A DNA stretch of 64,000 bases from a virus. The notes beneath the pieces were generated by a model. The model had not been told where the DNA came from and did not search any database. It was given only the letters and a program-made list of their open reading frames with translations. Shown in pieces: positions 1-9,795 of the stretch (the first letter of the stretch is position 1; each line of letters opens with the position of its first letter). A program made the position numbers and the translations under genes. The stretch lies in IMG/VR virus record IMGVR_UViG_3300021964_000017; one strand, 5' to 3'.

Positions 1-1153
1 TATCAGCAAGAACAACGTTTAGATCGTTAATACTTAATGTTTGACTATTAACAATTGTTTGTGTGCCTTGAACAGTGAGGTTACCACGAACAACTAATGT
101 ACCAGCATAACCACCATCGGAATCGCCAATCGGTGATGGATCCAATACCATTGTGTTGTTGGATCCATCAGTTTGGATCGTGTTACCATTAATGACGATA
201 TTATCGACAACAACACGACCTGAGCCGTTAGGAGTAATATTGATATCACCATTGAGGTCAGTAGAAGAAAGAGTATTACCATTCAGATCAAGATTGTCTA
301 CCGTTAACCGTGTTAAATCCAGAACATCTGAATCTAGATGAACAATTAAACTCGTCCCACTAGCAACCGTGTGGATGTTCGTCCCGCCAGTAAGAGAAAT
401 AGACTCATTGACAAGATCAATAGATCCAGCCCCACCATCAGTGGATGTGTTTAGAGTTGTTGCGACAGGGACTGTTCCAGCCGAGTCAATATGGCCTCGG
501 TCATCAACTGTAAAAACAGGGATTGCTGTAGCTGAACCGTATGTACCAGCTGTAACACCAGAACTATCGTGGGTGATCGAGACTTTATCTGTCGAGACTG
601 CAGTGGTGATAAAACCATCACCTTCAAAGTCTAGAGTTTCTGTGTCTAGGTCAATGTCATCTGACCCGGTGTCGCCGGTGATGGATAATACCGAGTTTAT
701 CTGTAGACCATCAACATATGCTTTGGTAGCAGCGTCTTGGTTCGACACAGGATCTGTTACATTTGAGATCAAAGATGAACTAGCGTTAATAAACCCTGTT
801 CCGTTTGGATCAAGGACTATGTTACCATTAGTATCTGTAGAACTAATTGTATTGCCATCAATTGTAATATTATCGATGTTTATTACATCAATCTTGCTGT
901 TCGTGTCCACAAGAAGAGCACTTGATGCTGTCAGTGTACCAGGCTGATGATCTATTAAATTAGCAAAGTATTCACCACCAACTGCTACTATTGAGGTCGC
1001 GTTGCCTGAACCATCGTCACCCTTACCAAAGAATAAGCGATCACCTCCATTGTTATACTGACCTGTACCCTGTGAATAAGCTAATTCACCAGTTTTTAAT
1101 GATCCTGGAGCCAATTGGCCTGTCGATCTTTTAATTCTAATAATTGCGGCCAT
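1..1153 (-). CDS. Tail fibre / long virion structural protein (5' part; runs off window start)
   Basis: Not in the ORF track; translated by hand from ATG 1153 (TAATG overlap with upstream stop): MAAIIRIKRSTGQLAPGSLKTGELAYS...DNITIDGNTISSTDTNGNIVLDPNGTG...SNQDAATKAYVD...GVTAGTYGSATAIPVFTVD...GNLTVQGTQTIVNS, all typical tail-fibre motifs. Confidence 0.85.
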   Translation of the reverse strand, partial: MAAIIRIKRSTGQLAPGSLKTGELAYSQGTGQYNNGGDRLFFGKGDDGSGNATSIVAVGGEYFANLIDHQPGTLTASSALLVDTNSKIDVINIDNITIDGNTISSTDTNGNIVLDPNGTGFINASSSLISNVTDPVSNQDAATKAYVDGLQINSVLSITGDTGSDDIDLDTETLDFEGDGFITTAVSTDKVSITHDSSGVTAGTYGSATAIPVFTVDDRGHIDSAGTVPVATTLNTSTDGGAGSIDLVNESISLTGGTNIHTVASGTSLIVHLDSDVLDLTRLTVDNLDLNGNTLSSTDLNGDINITPNGSGRVVVDNIVINGNTIQTDGSNNTMVLDPSPIGDSDGGYAGTLVVRGNLTVQGTQTIVNSQTLSINDLNVVLAD

Positions 1154-1416
1154 TAATAACTGCCTCCGTTTATTTCGTGATTTTCTAGTAACCGTGATGG
1201 TGACCAAAGATTATCGTCTGGATTATACATTAACATACTTCCCACCACTGCCCCAGCAGTGCTTATCCCACTTATGTTTGATATGTCTGCTGCAGAAGCA
1301 GACCCCCTAACTCTCCGTATAGGAGTTCCCACTACTACTTTTTTAACTTGAGTAGTACTACCTACTGCAGCTACTGTCTTGACTGTTGTCCCGGATAATC
1401 CAACTTGTATTGCCAT
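1153..1416 (-). CDS. Small virion/tail-fibre-associated hypothetical protein
   Basis: 87 aa, tightly coupled to neighbours, ends in INGGSY. Confidence 0.6.
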   Translation of the reverse strand: MAIQVGLSGTTVKTVAAVGSTTQVKKVVVGTPIRRVRGSASAADISNISGISTAGAVVGSMLMYNPDDNLWSPSRLLENHEINGGSY

Positions 1417-1423
1417 AATATAT

Positions 1424-1774
1424 CTACTTAGTTACAGAAGGTGTTACGAGGATTTTACCCTCTAACACTCTCTCGATGATATTGTCACCATCACTATCAA
1501 CAAATGCCATCTCTACATCATATACATAACGACCAGCACTTAGTAAATCTGTCTGAGCGTTGGTTAAAGAAAGTGTTGCAATTCCATCTTGAGGACTATC
1601 TACTACAGTGGTAAAAACCGTTGTGTTATCACTATCACTATTATATGTTTTTTTCATCTTAGCATCAATAGTGTGATTCTGCAAATTTCTTGCCGTCCCA
1701 TCTTTAGTGATCAGATGGATCTCAATAGCAACGTCAGCACCTTGATCAATTGTTATATCTTCATATTGAGCCAT
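1424..1774 (-). CDS. Virion structural protein (BppU-like Ig fold, tail-fibre associated)
   Basis: ITIDQGAD...ATLSLTNAQT...GRYVYDVE...RVLEGKILVTPSVT pattern typical of T4-like marine phages; downstream of a late promoter. Confidence 0.75.
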   Translation of the reverse strand: MAQYEDITIDQGADVAIEIHLITKDGTARNLQNHTIDAKMKKTYNSDSDNTTVFTTVVDSPQDGIATLSLTNAQTDLLSAGRYVYDVEMAFVDSDGDNIIERVLEGKILVTPSVTK

Positions 1775-1818
1775 TGTTTTCCCATAGATTGAATATATTC
1801 TTAGTGTTTTCTTAGTGT

Positions 1819-1826
1819 TATTTATA
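1819..1826 (-). promoter_or_regulatory. T4-type late promoter TATAAATA
   Basis: Exact consensus in the intergenic gap, 45 nt upstream of the 1774 start. Confidence 0.8.
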
Positions 1827-1876
1827 AGAAAAAAATGCTCTACAATTAAGCATTAATCAGTTTTCCTTCGTGTATA

Positions 1877-2836
1877 TCAAATTCTATATTGATCCATTGT
1901 AAATGTTGATCCTGTCAATCGGTTATAATCAGCGTCAAAGTTAGACCAAACCAAAGCCTCTGGTGCATCATATAACATATCACAGTTTTTACAATAATCT
2001 ATAGAATCAAACTCATGCATCTCATGTGCTTTTCTTAGTTTATTATATTCATCTCCATACCAAATTTCTTCTACTGTTTGATGAGACAGATGACCTAAAA
2101 CTGCTTTGCTATCCTGTCCAAGAACCATACAACATGGGACAACAGCCCCTTCTCTTCCTCCAATACCTCCAGCTCTTACAATTAGATCTGGAGAGAAAGG
2201 TCGTCCACAGCTACGTTTCTTTTTACCAACCCTCCAGTCAACATTAAGCTGACCAGACCAGTTATGCATTTTCCAAATTGAAGCTTTGATACCTGGCACG
2301 TAGTCAATCCAATTTCTTCTGTAAGATTCCACTTCGTAATTAACTCTATTGTTATCTAATATAAGGTGGTATGATCCTATACTACCACCATATTCAATAG
2401 CAGCATTAGCATTATCCATAACATCAAAGAAAGCATCTTTACTCATCTGCTCTTCATATAGTTTAGGAGTGTACCCTGTTACTGATATTCGAGCAAAGTG
2501 CATACCAGCATCAATTGTTCTTTTCATAAGATCATCTTTAAACCAAAAGCCGTTTGTAATGAACGACATCTTGAATCCTTTATCTGTACCAGCTTTTACA
2601 AAGTCAGGCAACTTCTTATTCATTGTAGGCTCACCCGACCCTTCTAAGTATATTTCTTCAACATCTGAATCTTGAAGCTGATCCAATATGTTTAAGAACA
2701 TCTGATAATTCATCATTCTTTTAAATGATTTTTCTCTACCATTATCGAAAGAATGAGGGCAAAATTGACAACTATAGTTGCATGATCCACATATCTCTAT
2801 AACTGCTTTGCTTATTGGTAATTTTACCGTTGCCAT
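1877..2836 (-). CDS. Radical SAM protein with SPASM/twitch domain
   Basis: CNYSCQFC (CxxxCxxC), GSGEPT, C-terminal SCGRPF...VPCC...YCKNC. Confidence 0.9.
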   Translation of the reverse strand: MATVKLPISKAVIEICGSCNYSCQFCPHSFDNGREKSFKRMMNYQMFLNILDQLQDSDVEEIYLEGSGEPTMNKKLPDFVKAGTDKGFKMSFITNGFWFKDDLMKRTIDAGMHFARISVTGYTPKLYEEQMSKDAFFDVMDNANAAIEYGGSIGSYHLILDNNRVNYEVESYRRNWIDYVPGIKASIWKMHNWSGQLNVDWRVGKKKRSCGRPFSPDLIVRAGGIGGREGAVVPCCMVLGQDSKAVLGHLSHQTVEEIWYGDEYNKLRKAHEMHEFDSIDYCKNCDMLYDAPEALVWSNFDADYNRLTGSTFTMDQYRI

Positions 2837-3360
2837 ATCTGTATTCCTGGTTTATTATAGAGACGAGCAATGTGATACCAAGATGTATCGGATCCTACAT
2901 ATAGCTTACATCTCTGTATCTGTCTAACTTTACTTATAACCTGTGACGCGCTTTCAAAGTTTCTTGAGTCTCCAAGATCAATAACATTCTCCATTTCAAC
3001 TTCAACTTCAAGAATTTTTACCTGATGGTGTGGTTTATCTGATGAGAATTGCGATCCTAATATCCAAGAAGACACAACATGGTTTTCTTGATTGTCATAA
3101 GATGCAAGATAGTCTTTCATAAGATGTCTTATTTGATGATTAGTCAGTCCAGGATCAAAGTCTTCTTCTCCGTTGTCTCCAACATAAAGAGTGTTTATGT
3201 TATTAAACATAAAATTGTATACAGGCATATATTCATACACTTCATCAATTAGACCTTGAGGTAAGTAAGAAAGATCACCATCAAAGAATGCATCTGCGTA
3301 AATGGCTCTTTTCAGATTCAACCAAACAGCTCCTTTAAACATTTTTCCATTCCTTTTCAA
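2824..3360 (-). CDS. Hypothetical protein, GT9/heptosyltransferase-like C-terminal lobe
   Basis: CKLYVGSDTSWYHIARLYNKP resembles the GT9 'vg.DSG..HlA.a...P' motif. Confidence 0.5.
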   Translation of the reverse strand: MKRNGKMFKGAVWLNLKRAIYADAFFDGDLSYLPQGLIDEVYEYMPVYNFMFNNINTLYVGDNGEEDFDPGLTNHQIRHLMKDYLASYDNQENHVVSSWILGSQFSSDKPHHQVKILEVEVEMENVIDLGDSRNFESASQVISKVRQIQRCKLYVGSDTSWYHIARLYNKPGIQIWQR

Positions 3361-3847
3361 AAATACTAGTTGCCTCTTGCTCTGTAATGTTATATAAATC
3401 TAACCACTTCAGTCCAGTTAATTCACTTTTATACCAATCATATGCATCCTGTTTAGACCCTAAGGTTACATAATCATCCCAATCAATTAGGTATGGTTTG
3501 TTATCACTTGTTTGATAAATTATATTGTAGTGTTGAAGATCCCGTTTTGACCAATCATATCCTAACGAATCAATTAATGTCAAATAGTTAGATATGTTTT
3601 CACTATAACCTTTAAGGTTTACAGGTTTGTGATCAATGTATCGTTGAGTGACGACATAACAATCATCCCTCGATTCTTCTGAAACAAAAAGTTCTGGTTG
3701 TGCTATCTTCATAAGCCGTGTAGCAAACTTTACATCATCAATAAAGTCTGTAGTAAAGTAATGCTTTTCCACATAAAGATAATCTTTGTTAACAATCAGG
3801 TGAGATCTACCCAGTAGGTACTCACCTTCTTCTAGTGTTATTTTCAA
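3335..3847 (-). CDS. Small kinase-like (PKL fold) protein
   Basis: KRDLQHYNII (catalytic loop) and YLIDWD (DFG-equivalent); TTG start overlapping upstream TGA. Confidence 0.6.
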   Translation of the reverse strand: MKITLEEGEYLLGRSHLIVNKDYLYVEKHYFTTDFIDDVKFATRLMKIAQPELFVSEESRDDCYVVTQRYIDHKPVNLKGYSENISNYLTLIDSLGYDWSKRDLQHYNIIYQTSDNKPYLIDWDDYVTLGSKQDAYDWYKSELTGLKWLDLYNITEQEATSIFEKEWKNV

Positions 3848-3960
3848 TCTTCATTCTCATAGATAAACGTGTGGTCCTGTTGTTCTTTCTTTTTGAAGAA
3901 AGACTTAACACGATATATAAAAAACTTTATTCTATACTTTATATTCTTTGTAATTCTCAT
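3844..3960 (-). CDS. 38-aa basic peptide (MRITKNIKYRIKFFIYRVKSFFKKKEQQDHTFIYENED)
   Basis: Below ORF-track cutoff; fills the only gap in the operon, and its stop overlaps the next start (TTGA). Confidence 0.55.
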   Translation of the reverse strand: MRITKNIKYRIKFFIYRVKSFFKKKEQQDHTFIYENED

Positions 3961-4711
3961 TAAACATCTCCGCTAATTTTTTGTGTCCTTGTTTGTTTGG
4001 ATGCGCGTCGCCATTGCCTACTCTATCTTCAGTAGTTAGATTTTTATCAAAGTAATACCCACCTAGGCTGGGTACAAACGGCCATCCAATAAGATCTATC
4101 TCATTTGAACTATCCATAATATCGAAGTAGTCGCTATTCAACAATTCTTTTGTTATTGTGTTTCTTGTTGACTTATTAAAACCAGCCAACGGTTGAAGCA
4201 TTTGGAATACATGTAATCTAACTCCTCGCTGTTTGCAAAGCTGTTGTAGAATATAGATATCTCTTAATGTATCATCAATCATTGTTTTAATCGATAATTG
4301 AGTATTGAAGATAGCCTTTATTTGAGATTCTTCGTTACCAGTTAGCCTTTCAAGGGTTTGAATGTCCCTTTGGCATATTCGATTTTGTCTTTTTGCATAG
4401 AGAGTATCTTTATTGCGATCATCCACCCCATTAAAGATTTGAGGATTGAATGCTCTACCTCTAATAGAGAATCTTACCCATTGACTCAATGCTATAATTA
4501 TTCTATCAACGTTGGAATGTTTTAATAATGCATCAACAGCATTTCTAATTATTAAATCGTTACCTATCCCCGATTCAGAAACATTAATAACTTTATCGTC
4601 GAAGGATAGCTGATCAGCCCATATTTTCCATGGGGCTTCTATTGATACTCCTGGTTCAATTAAAACTCTTAGATTGTTTTTACTAAAACTATCACCTGAT
4701 ATAATTATCAC
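3932..4711 (-). CDS. SGNH/GDSL hydrolase-like protein
   Basis: GDSFS block I, GIGND, C-terminal DAHPN (DxH). Confidence 0.8.
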   Translation of the reverse strand: MIIISGDSFSKNNLRVLIEPGVSIEAPWKIWADQLSFDDKVINVSESGIGNDLIIRNAVDALLKHSNVDRIIIALSQWVRFSIRGRAFNPQIFNGVDDRNKDTLYAKRQNRICQRDIQTLERLTGNEESQIKAIFNTQLSIKTMIDDTLRDIYILQQLCKQRGVRLHVFQMLQPLAGFNKSTRNTITKELLNSDYFDIMDSSNEIDLIGWPFVPSLGGYYFDKNLTTEDRVGNGDAHPNKQGHKKLAEMFNENYKEYKV

Positions 4712-5471
4712 AATAAGCCTCGTATATTTTATTAGCTATCATTTCGTGACCTCTATCATTGGGGTGACTATCTTCTGGTCCAAATGATTTATCAGTTTCC
4801 TTAATAAGATCATATATCGTACTACCACCCAAAGATTTAATTGCAGGCCAATTGACAAACGTTTCATTGTCTATATGATAAAAAAGATTTTCGTTCAGCA
4901 AAGTTTGAACAACATCTTTAACAGGAGATGTATCTACAACATATTCTATAGGACTGATTGCTTGAATAAAAATATAGTTTATATTGTTAGAACTACAGTA
5001 GTTCTGTATAACATATATGTTTGTTAACCAATCGTTTATTGATTTGCTCATATATCTATTCCACATATCTTGTTCAACAATATACTTTCCTAAAACAATT
5101 GCTGGCTCAATCATTTTTTTATATTTGTTGACTTTATGTACAGAGTTGTTGTAATGTCCAATAGGATCAATGCTGACGTCTTTTGTGAATCCGGTTTTGT
5201 TTATTGTAGACTCCCAATGAGCCACTCTACCAGCATTGGTCCAAGCTATGCAAACACAGTCAGGATTACCATTGACAGCAACGTAATTAAAAAAATCTCT
5301 TGTAATGAAATTATTGCTAGCACCGCAATAAGCTCCATTATAAAGCTGCCAGTCATCACCTAGTTTCTTTTTTAAAATTTCTGGCCAACATGTTGTCAAT
5401 TTTTCTAGATAATTTTTAGACCAGTAGTCCTTATCGGTAAAGCTATCGCCACAACAATATAATTTCTTCAA
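4692..5471 (-). CDS. SGNH/GDSL hydrolase-like protein (tandem paralog)
   Basis: GDSFT, GASN, DSHPN. Confidence 0.8.
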   Translation of the reverse strand: MKKLYCCGDSFTDKDYWSKNYLEKLTTCWPEILKKKLGDDWQLYNGAYCGASNNFITRDFFNYVAVNGNPDCVCIAWTNAGRVAHWESTINKTGFTKDVSIDPIGHYNNSVHKVNKYKKMIEPAIVLGKYIVEQDMWNRYMSKSINDWLTNIYVIQNYCSSNNINYIFIQAISPIEYVVDTSPVKDVVQTLLNENLFYHIDNETFVNWPAIKSLGGSTIYDLIKETDKSFGPEDSHPNDRGHEMIANKIYEAYCDNYIR

Positions 5472-6784
5472 AACACCTTTACTCCATACAGCTTTTCAAA
5501 ACCTTGTGCTTGCTTTATGTTATCAACCATAGGTTTACCTTTTACATTCAAAGAAGTGTTTAGTAACATTGGACACCGAGTTTGTTCATACCACTCTTCG
5601 AGTATAGGCCTTATGATAGACTTGCAGTCAGATTTTACTATTTGAACTCTTGCTGTACCATCAACATGAGTAACACTTTTATGGTCATGCTTTGCTTTGG
5701 CTACATACTGCATGTATTCATTCATTGGTCCTTCGAAATATTCATCAGCAAATTCTTCCAAGATTGCAGGCGCAAATGGTCGAAATTTTTGTCGTTGTTT
5801 AATTTGGTTAACTGTATCCTTAATATCTCGTCTAGGGTCAGCAATAAGGCTACGATTGCCAAGGGCACGAGGGCCAAACTCAGCACGGCCATTTGCAATC
5901 CCGCAATAGTAATTATTAATAAGATAATCAACAACTTCTTTAACATTTATATCTTTCTTTATATCTGTACCTAAGTAAGGATCAATCCAATTTAATTTGA
6001 CGTCTAAATAAGCTGCAGCTGCACCTAAAGAAGAACCTGCATCTCCAGGGTTAGGAAAAATCCACACATGATCAAACATGGGCTTAATCTTTGTATTAGC
6101 AACACAGTTAAGAGCAACTCCACCACCATAGCACAGATATCTGGAGTATGATCTTGCCCTTTTCATAATCTTAATTATTTCTTTTTCGAGGTATTCTTGC
6201 GCACTAGCAGCCAAAGTATTTTTATCTACCGCAGGCATATGCAGCCCCCTACAACCCCTATGTAGATTATACTCAGAAAGATGCGAAAGGTCAACAGGTG
6301 AAGACCCATATGCGGCCATTCCCATTAAGATATATTCATCTTCCATAGGCTTTAAACCAACATAATCTGTAATTGCTGAGTAAAATAATCCTAAAGATTT
6401 AGGATATCTCATTGACCATTTCTTCTTTTTGTTGTACCATATAGAAGCTGTATCCCATTCACCTATAGCGTCTATAACAACGCAAACAGGCTCTTCAGCG
6501 AATGGTCTGGTGTAATAGGCAGCAGATGCATGTGACCAATGATGATCGATATAAGCGTCGTGTTTATCTCTGGTAACCCACCGTTGACCATATAACATTC
6601 TTCTTATATTTTTTTTAATGGGCTTCTCATAAAAGACAGTAAACCCATCTACATTAGTATGAAGATTTCTATCATTCTTTTTTCTTGAGTGCCGCTCGCT
6701 ATGATGAGCTTCAACAATATCTTGCCCTTCTAAATAGCAGTAAGCAGCATCGTGAAACCCATAAGACAATCCAAAAGTAGTCAT
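5468..6784 (-). CDS. Carbamoyltransferase (NodU/CmcH/TobZ family)
   Basis: HDAA, HHWSHASAAYY, GGVALNC, GRAEFGPRALGNRS, FRPFAP, HVDGTARVQ, LLNTSLN. Confidence 0.95.
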   Translation of the reverse strand: MTTFGLSYGFHDAAYCYLEGQDIVEAHHSERHSRKKNDRNLHTNVDGFTVFYEKPIKKNIRRMLYGQRWVTRDKHDAYIDHHWSHASAAYYTRPFAEEPVCVVIDAIGEWDTASIWYNKKKKWSMRYPKSLGLFYSAITDYVGLKPMEDEYILMGMAAYGSSPVDLSHLSEYNLHRGCRGLHMPAVDKNTLAASAQEYLEKEIIKIMKRARSYSRYLCYGGGVALNCVANTKIKPMFDHVWIFPNPGDAGSSLGAAAAYLDVKLNWIDPYLGTDIKKDINVKEVVDYLINNYYCGIANGRAEFGPRALGNRSLIADPRRDIKDTVNQIKQRQKFRPFAPAILEEFADEYFEGPMNEYMQYVAKAKHDHKSVTHVDGTARVQIVKSDCKSIIRPILEEWYEQTRCPMLLNTSLNVKGKPMVDNIKQAQGFEKLYGVKVF

Positions 6785-6794
6785 AGTATATCCA

Positions 6795-7700
6795 ATGAAA
6801 AGATTAGTTTACAGTATTTATATTGACATTCCCAAAGACCTGTTAGATCCTCAGCCACCACACCATGGAGAGACAGAGGATAAAAACCTTAAAGCAAAAC
6901 GTCAGTTTGCTGAACACTATCCGTGGTTGTTACAAAAACAAATGGAATATGCAGATACCATTGGAGCTGAGTATAAACATTTTACATACGATGAGAAGTA
7001 CCAAAATCTAAGGGAATGGTATAACACGTCGTATCCATTTATAACTGAATATAATATTGTAAACTTTTACAAGATTCATCTAATGTATGAACTGGCCGGC
7101 CAGTATGACGAAATACTTTACCTTGATCTGGATGTCTTGCCAGTAACCAAAGAAAACTTCTTTGAAGCTCATGATCTATCCAAAGGAATAGCAATCAAGA
7201 AAAACTCTCATGGGATGTTTATGAATAAAGATTTTATAAAGTATAGAGAAGATCTTTATGAGAGAAAAGGTGAGCCTGGTGGGAGTATAAGGAGTCCAAT
7301 GGCTAAGTGGTGGAACTCAAAGGCTCTGTGTCTGGAATACGGTAATCCTATAGATGATATACCAGTTTACAATACCGGTATCGTGGGGTTTAACAAATAC
7401 TGGCTAGACAAACTAGAATTCTTTGAAGATTTTGAAGAAACGCTTTATGAGATGAAAGAGCTGTGTGAAGATGAGCATACCATGTATCCAAAGTTTGCAC
7501 AGGCTCTATTTGGTTATGACAATGAGACTATCTGGGGATTCAAAGCTCATATGAATGATGTTCCATCAATATGGTTAGATGGAAGATGGCACACGTTTCT
7601 TGATAAGATGACAATTATTCCTAGTAAGTCTAAGTTGGTTCATATTATCAACAAGAGTTTTGATGAAGTGAGAGACTGGTATGAAAAGAATAATCTTTAG
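6795..7700 (+). CDS. GT-A fold glycosyltransferase
   Basis: YDEILYLDLDV (DxD), YNTG, DNET, W-H...LVHIINK. Confidence 0.8.
   Translation: MKRLVYSIYIDIPKDLLDPQPPHHGETEDKNLKAKRQFAEHYPWLLQKQMEYADTIGAEYKHFTYDEKYQNLREWYNTSYPFITEYNIVNFYKIHLMYELAGQYDEILYLDLDVLPVTKENFFEAHDLSKGIAIKKNSHGMFMNKDFIKYREDLYERKGEPGGSIRSPMAKWWNSKALCLEYGNPIDDIPVYNTGIVGFNKYWLDKLEFFEDFEETLYEMKELCEDEHTMYPKFAQALFGYDNETIWGFKAHMNDVPSIWLDGRWHTFLDKMTIIPSKSKLVHIINKSFDEVRDWYEKNNL
6815..6822 (-). promoter_or_regulatory. T4-type late promoter TATAAATA for the carbamoyltransferase operon
   Basis: Exact consensus 31 nt upstream of the 6784 start, lying inside the divergent GT gene. Confidence 0.65.
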
Positions 7701-8475
7701 CATATACGGAGATAATGTCAACAATGTTGGTGAAAGTGTAACAGATTATAAATCAAATAACTTTCGTGCATATAAAGAACAGTTGGTTAAGTGCAAACAA
7801 GTGTATGCAAGTAAATGTAAAGCCGACTTTGTTTTAATAGATAGTTCTCTGAACAACTTCGTAGATATACAATTTGAAAAGATAAGATTGTTAGAAGAGT
7901 TTGCTAACTCATACGATGAGGTTTTGTATTTAGACTTTGATGTTATTCCAAACTTTTCGGCTAGAAGTATTTTTGATAGTGTTGATACTTCAAAGCTGTG
8001 CATGCATCCTCTCAATAGACCGCTTAATGGTTTTTATTTGAGAGGCGTGTTACTATCCGATTCATTAGACTCACAAAGCATGTATGTTAAGACATGCTCC
8101 AAAAAATCTATGCTACTGCTAGAGGGAATAAATGGTAATGATTTAACATACAACACCGGAGTAGTGCTTGGCAACTCTGAGATTATTAAACAAGTTAACT
8201 TTACAGAGCAGCTAGATGTTATGCATGAGTTGCTAGAAGAAGCATGTGAAGACAGTCTTTATCCACCAGAGATATCAAGACACTTTGTCCCCAACAATGA
8301 AGTTTATATTAGCTACCTCGTTGAAAAGAACAACATCCCTCATCATGATCTATCGATGAACTGGAATTTTATTTTAGATGATGTTGAAGAATATGCCCCA
8401 GCGTCTGCCGAACTAATTCATGCCGTTAATAAAAACTTTGATATGTTTAAAATGCTTTTGGATTACAATGCTTAG
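7681..8475 (+). CDS. GT-A fold glycosyltransferase (tandem paralog)
   Basis: YDEVLYLDFDV, YNTGV, NNEV, WNF...LIHAVNK; colinear with the upstream gene. Confidence 0.8.
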   Translation: MKRIIFSIYGDNVNNVGESVTDYKSNNFRAYKEQLVKCKQVYASKCKADFVLIDSSLNNFVDIQFEKIRLLEEFANSYDEVLYLDFDVIPNFSARSIFDSVDTSKLCMHPLNRPLNGFYLRGVLLSDSLDSQSMYVKTCSKKSMLLLEGINGNDLTYNTGVVLGNSEIIKQVNFTEQLDVMHELLEEACEDSLYPPEISRHFVPNNEVYISYLVEKNNIPHHDLSMNWNFILDDVEEYAPASAELIHAVNKNFDMFKMLLDYNA

Positions 8476-9043
8476 AGTTATTTGTGTATGCACAGGAAAT
8501 AAGTTTAAACGATGGTATGTCGACAACTTGAAATATCAGGTCGACAAATACTCTAAGTTGCAGTATGATGAATTTGCAGTTATAACAGACGATAACTATG
8601 ATGGTGTCTTTAACAAACTACAGATGTTTGATAGGTATAGAGATGGACAGAATATTTACTTTGACTTGGATGTTCTAATAAAAGGAGACTGTAATAGCTT
8701 CCTCAAAAAGGATTTCACATTATGTTTTGCTCATTGGAGAGATGAACACCACACTAGAATTAATAGCTCTATAATATCTTGGTGTGGGGATGTGTCCCAC
8801 ATATATGATATGTTCCAACAAGACCCAGATTATTATATGACAAAATACTACCGTGGTATTGACCAAATGTTATATGAAAATATAGATTACAAGGTTTTTC
8901 CTAATATTGATACTTATTGTTCTTATCAAACAGTTACAGAAGAATTACCTTATAGTGTATATCTTTTTAATCAGAGGCATCAGAAGATGCTTGAGCCTGG
9001 CTGGCATCAAAAATTTCAATTGCCGCTCTCAGAGCATCAATAG
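8468..9043 (+). CDS. Small GT8-like glycosyltransferase
   Basis: MLRVICVCTGNKF..YVDNL, FNKLQMF, YFDLDVLI, INSSIISW, GIDQ; start reassigned to ATG 8468. Confidence 0.75.
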   Translation: MLRVICVCTGNKFKRWYVDNLKYQVDKYSKLQYDEFAVITDDNYDGVFNKLQMFDRYRDGQNIYFDLDVLIKGDCNSFLKKDFTLCFAHWRDEHHTRINSSIISWCGDVSHIYDMFQQDPDYYMTKYYRGIDQMLYENIDYKVFPNIDTYCSYQTVTEELPYSVYLFNQRHQKMLEPGWHQKFQLPLSEHQ

Positions 9044-9491
9044 GAGTATTGGACCTACGGATTTTCTTTTTAAGATCTTTGTCCTTACATTGCTTAACGA
9101 ACTCTTTCTCAAACAATTGAAGTTTAAAGAAGAACAATTTTTCTTTATGGAGTTTTTCATCATAAGGATCAAAGATTAGATCGATAAGGATCTTATGAAA
9201 GTCACTAGTACCACCATCATCTAAGTTAACTAACCAGCCTTTTTCTTTAGCAATTTCAATAACTTGATCTTTAAATGCTTGTTCAGATTCCTTGGTATAT
9301 GTCCAAGTGTTTTCATGAATCTCGTCTACAGTCACATGCTCGAGCAGTTCCTTCCACTGAGGATCTTCATCTTTTGTTTCCATAATGATTTCTATAAGCG
9401 CTCCTGGATTGTCGGGGTCTTCCCAGTAACTCATTACAGAATCTCTTTGTTCATTTCTAAAGTATGCATTAATGTATCTAAAATTATTCAT
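8967..9491 (-). CDS. Hypothetical protein
   Basis: 174 aa; N-terminus resembles that of 11127..11822. Confidence 0.65.
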   Translation of the reverse strand: MNNFRYINAYFRNEQRDSVMSYWEDPDNPGALIEIIMETKDEDPQWKELLEHVTVDEIHENTWTYTKESEQAFKDQVIEIAKEKGWLVNLDDGGTSDFHKILIDLIFDPYDEKLHKEKLFFFKLQLFEKEFVKQCKDKDLKKKIRRSNTPIDALRAAIEIFDASQAQASSDASD

Positions 9492-9795
9492 TTGATTCTT
9501 CCTCTACTGTGCACCACTGTATACATTGCCTGAGCGCTTTATCATTAGACCATGATTCTATTAACTCATCCCACCACGGATGTTCATTAATAGAATCAAA
9601 GTCATTTTTAAAAATATTTAGTTCATCTTTATAATCATTATATTGATGCATTATATGCTGGTTTTCTCTATAACCTGATTTTTTTCCTGAAGCTCGACTT
9701 TGATAGTCATTGTTTACTAAGTAGCAACAGGGATATACTTGTCCATCGATATTGATTACCATCTGATTAAGCTCACGCCATTTACATTTAATCAT
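9484..9795 (-). CDS. Stand-alone SPASM/twitch Fe-S domain protein
   Basis: IKC...INIDGQVYPCCY...QCIQWC. Confidence 0.75.
   Translation of the reverse strand: MIKCKWRELNQMVINIDGQVYPCCYLVNNDYQSRASGKKSGYRENQHIMHQYNDYKDELNIFKNDFDSINEHPWWDELIESWSNDKALRQCIQWCTVEEESNE

Noticed and set aside
369-947. 192-aa + strand ORF (and similar ones at 13233, 17845, 19582, 20891, 36487, 36943, 39133)
   Set aside because: Antisense shadows of real genes; no RBS or motifs
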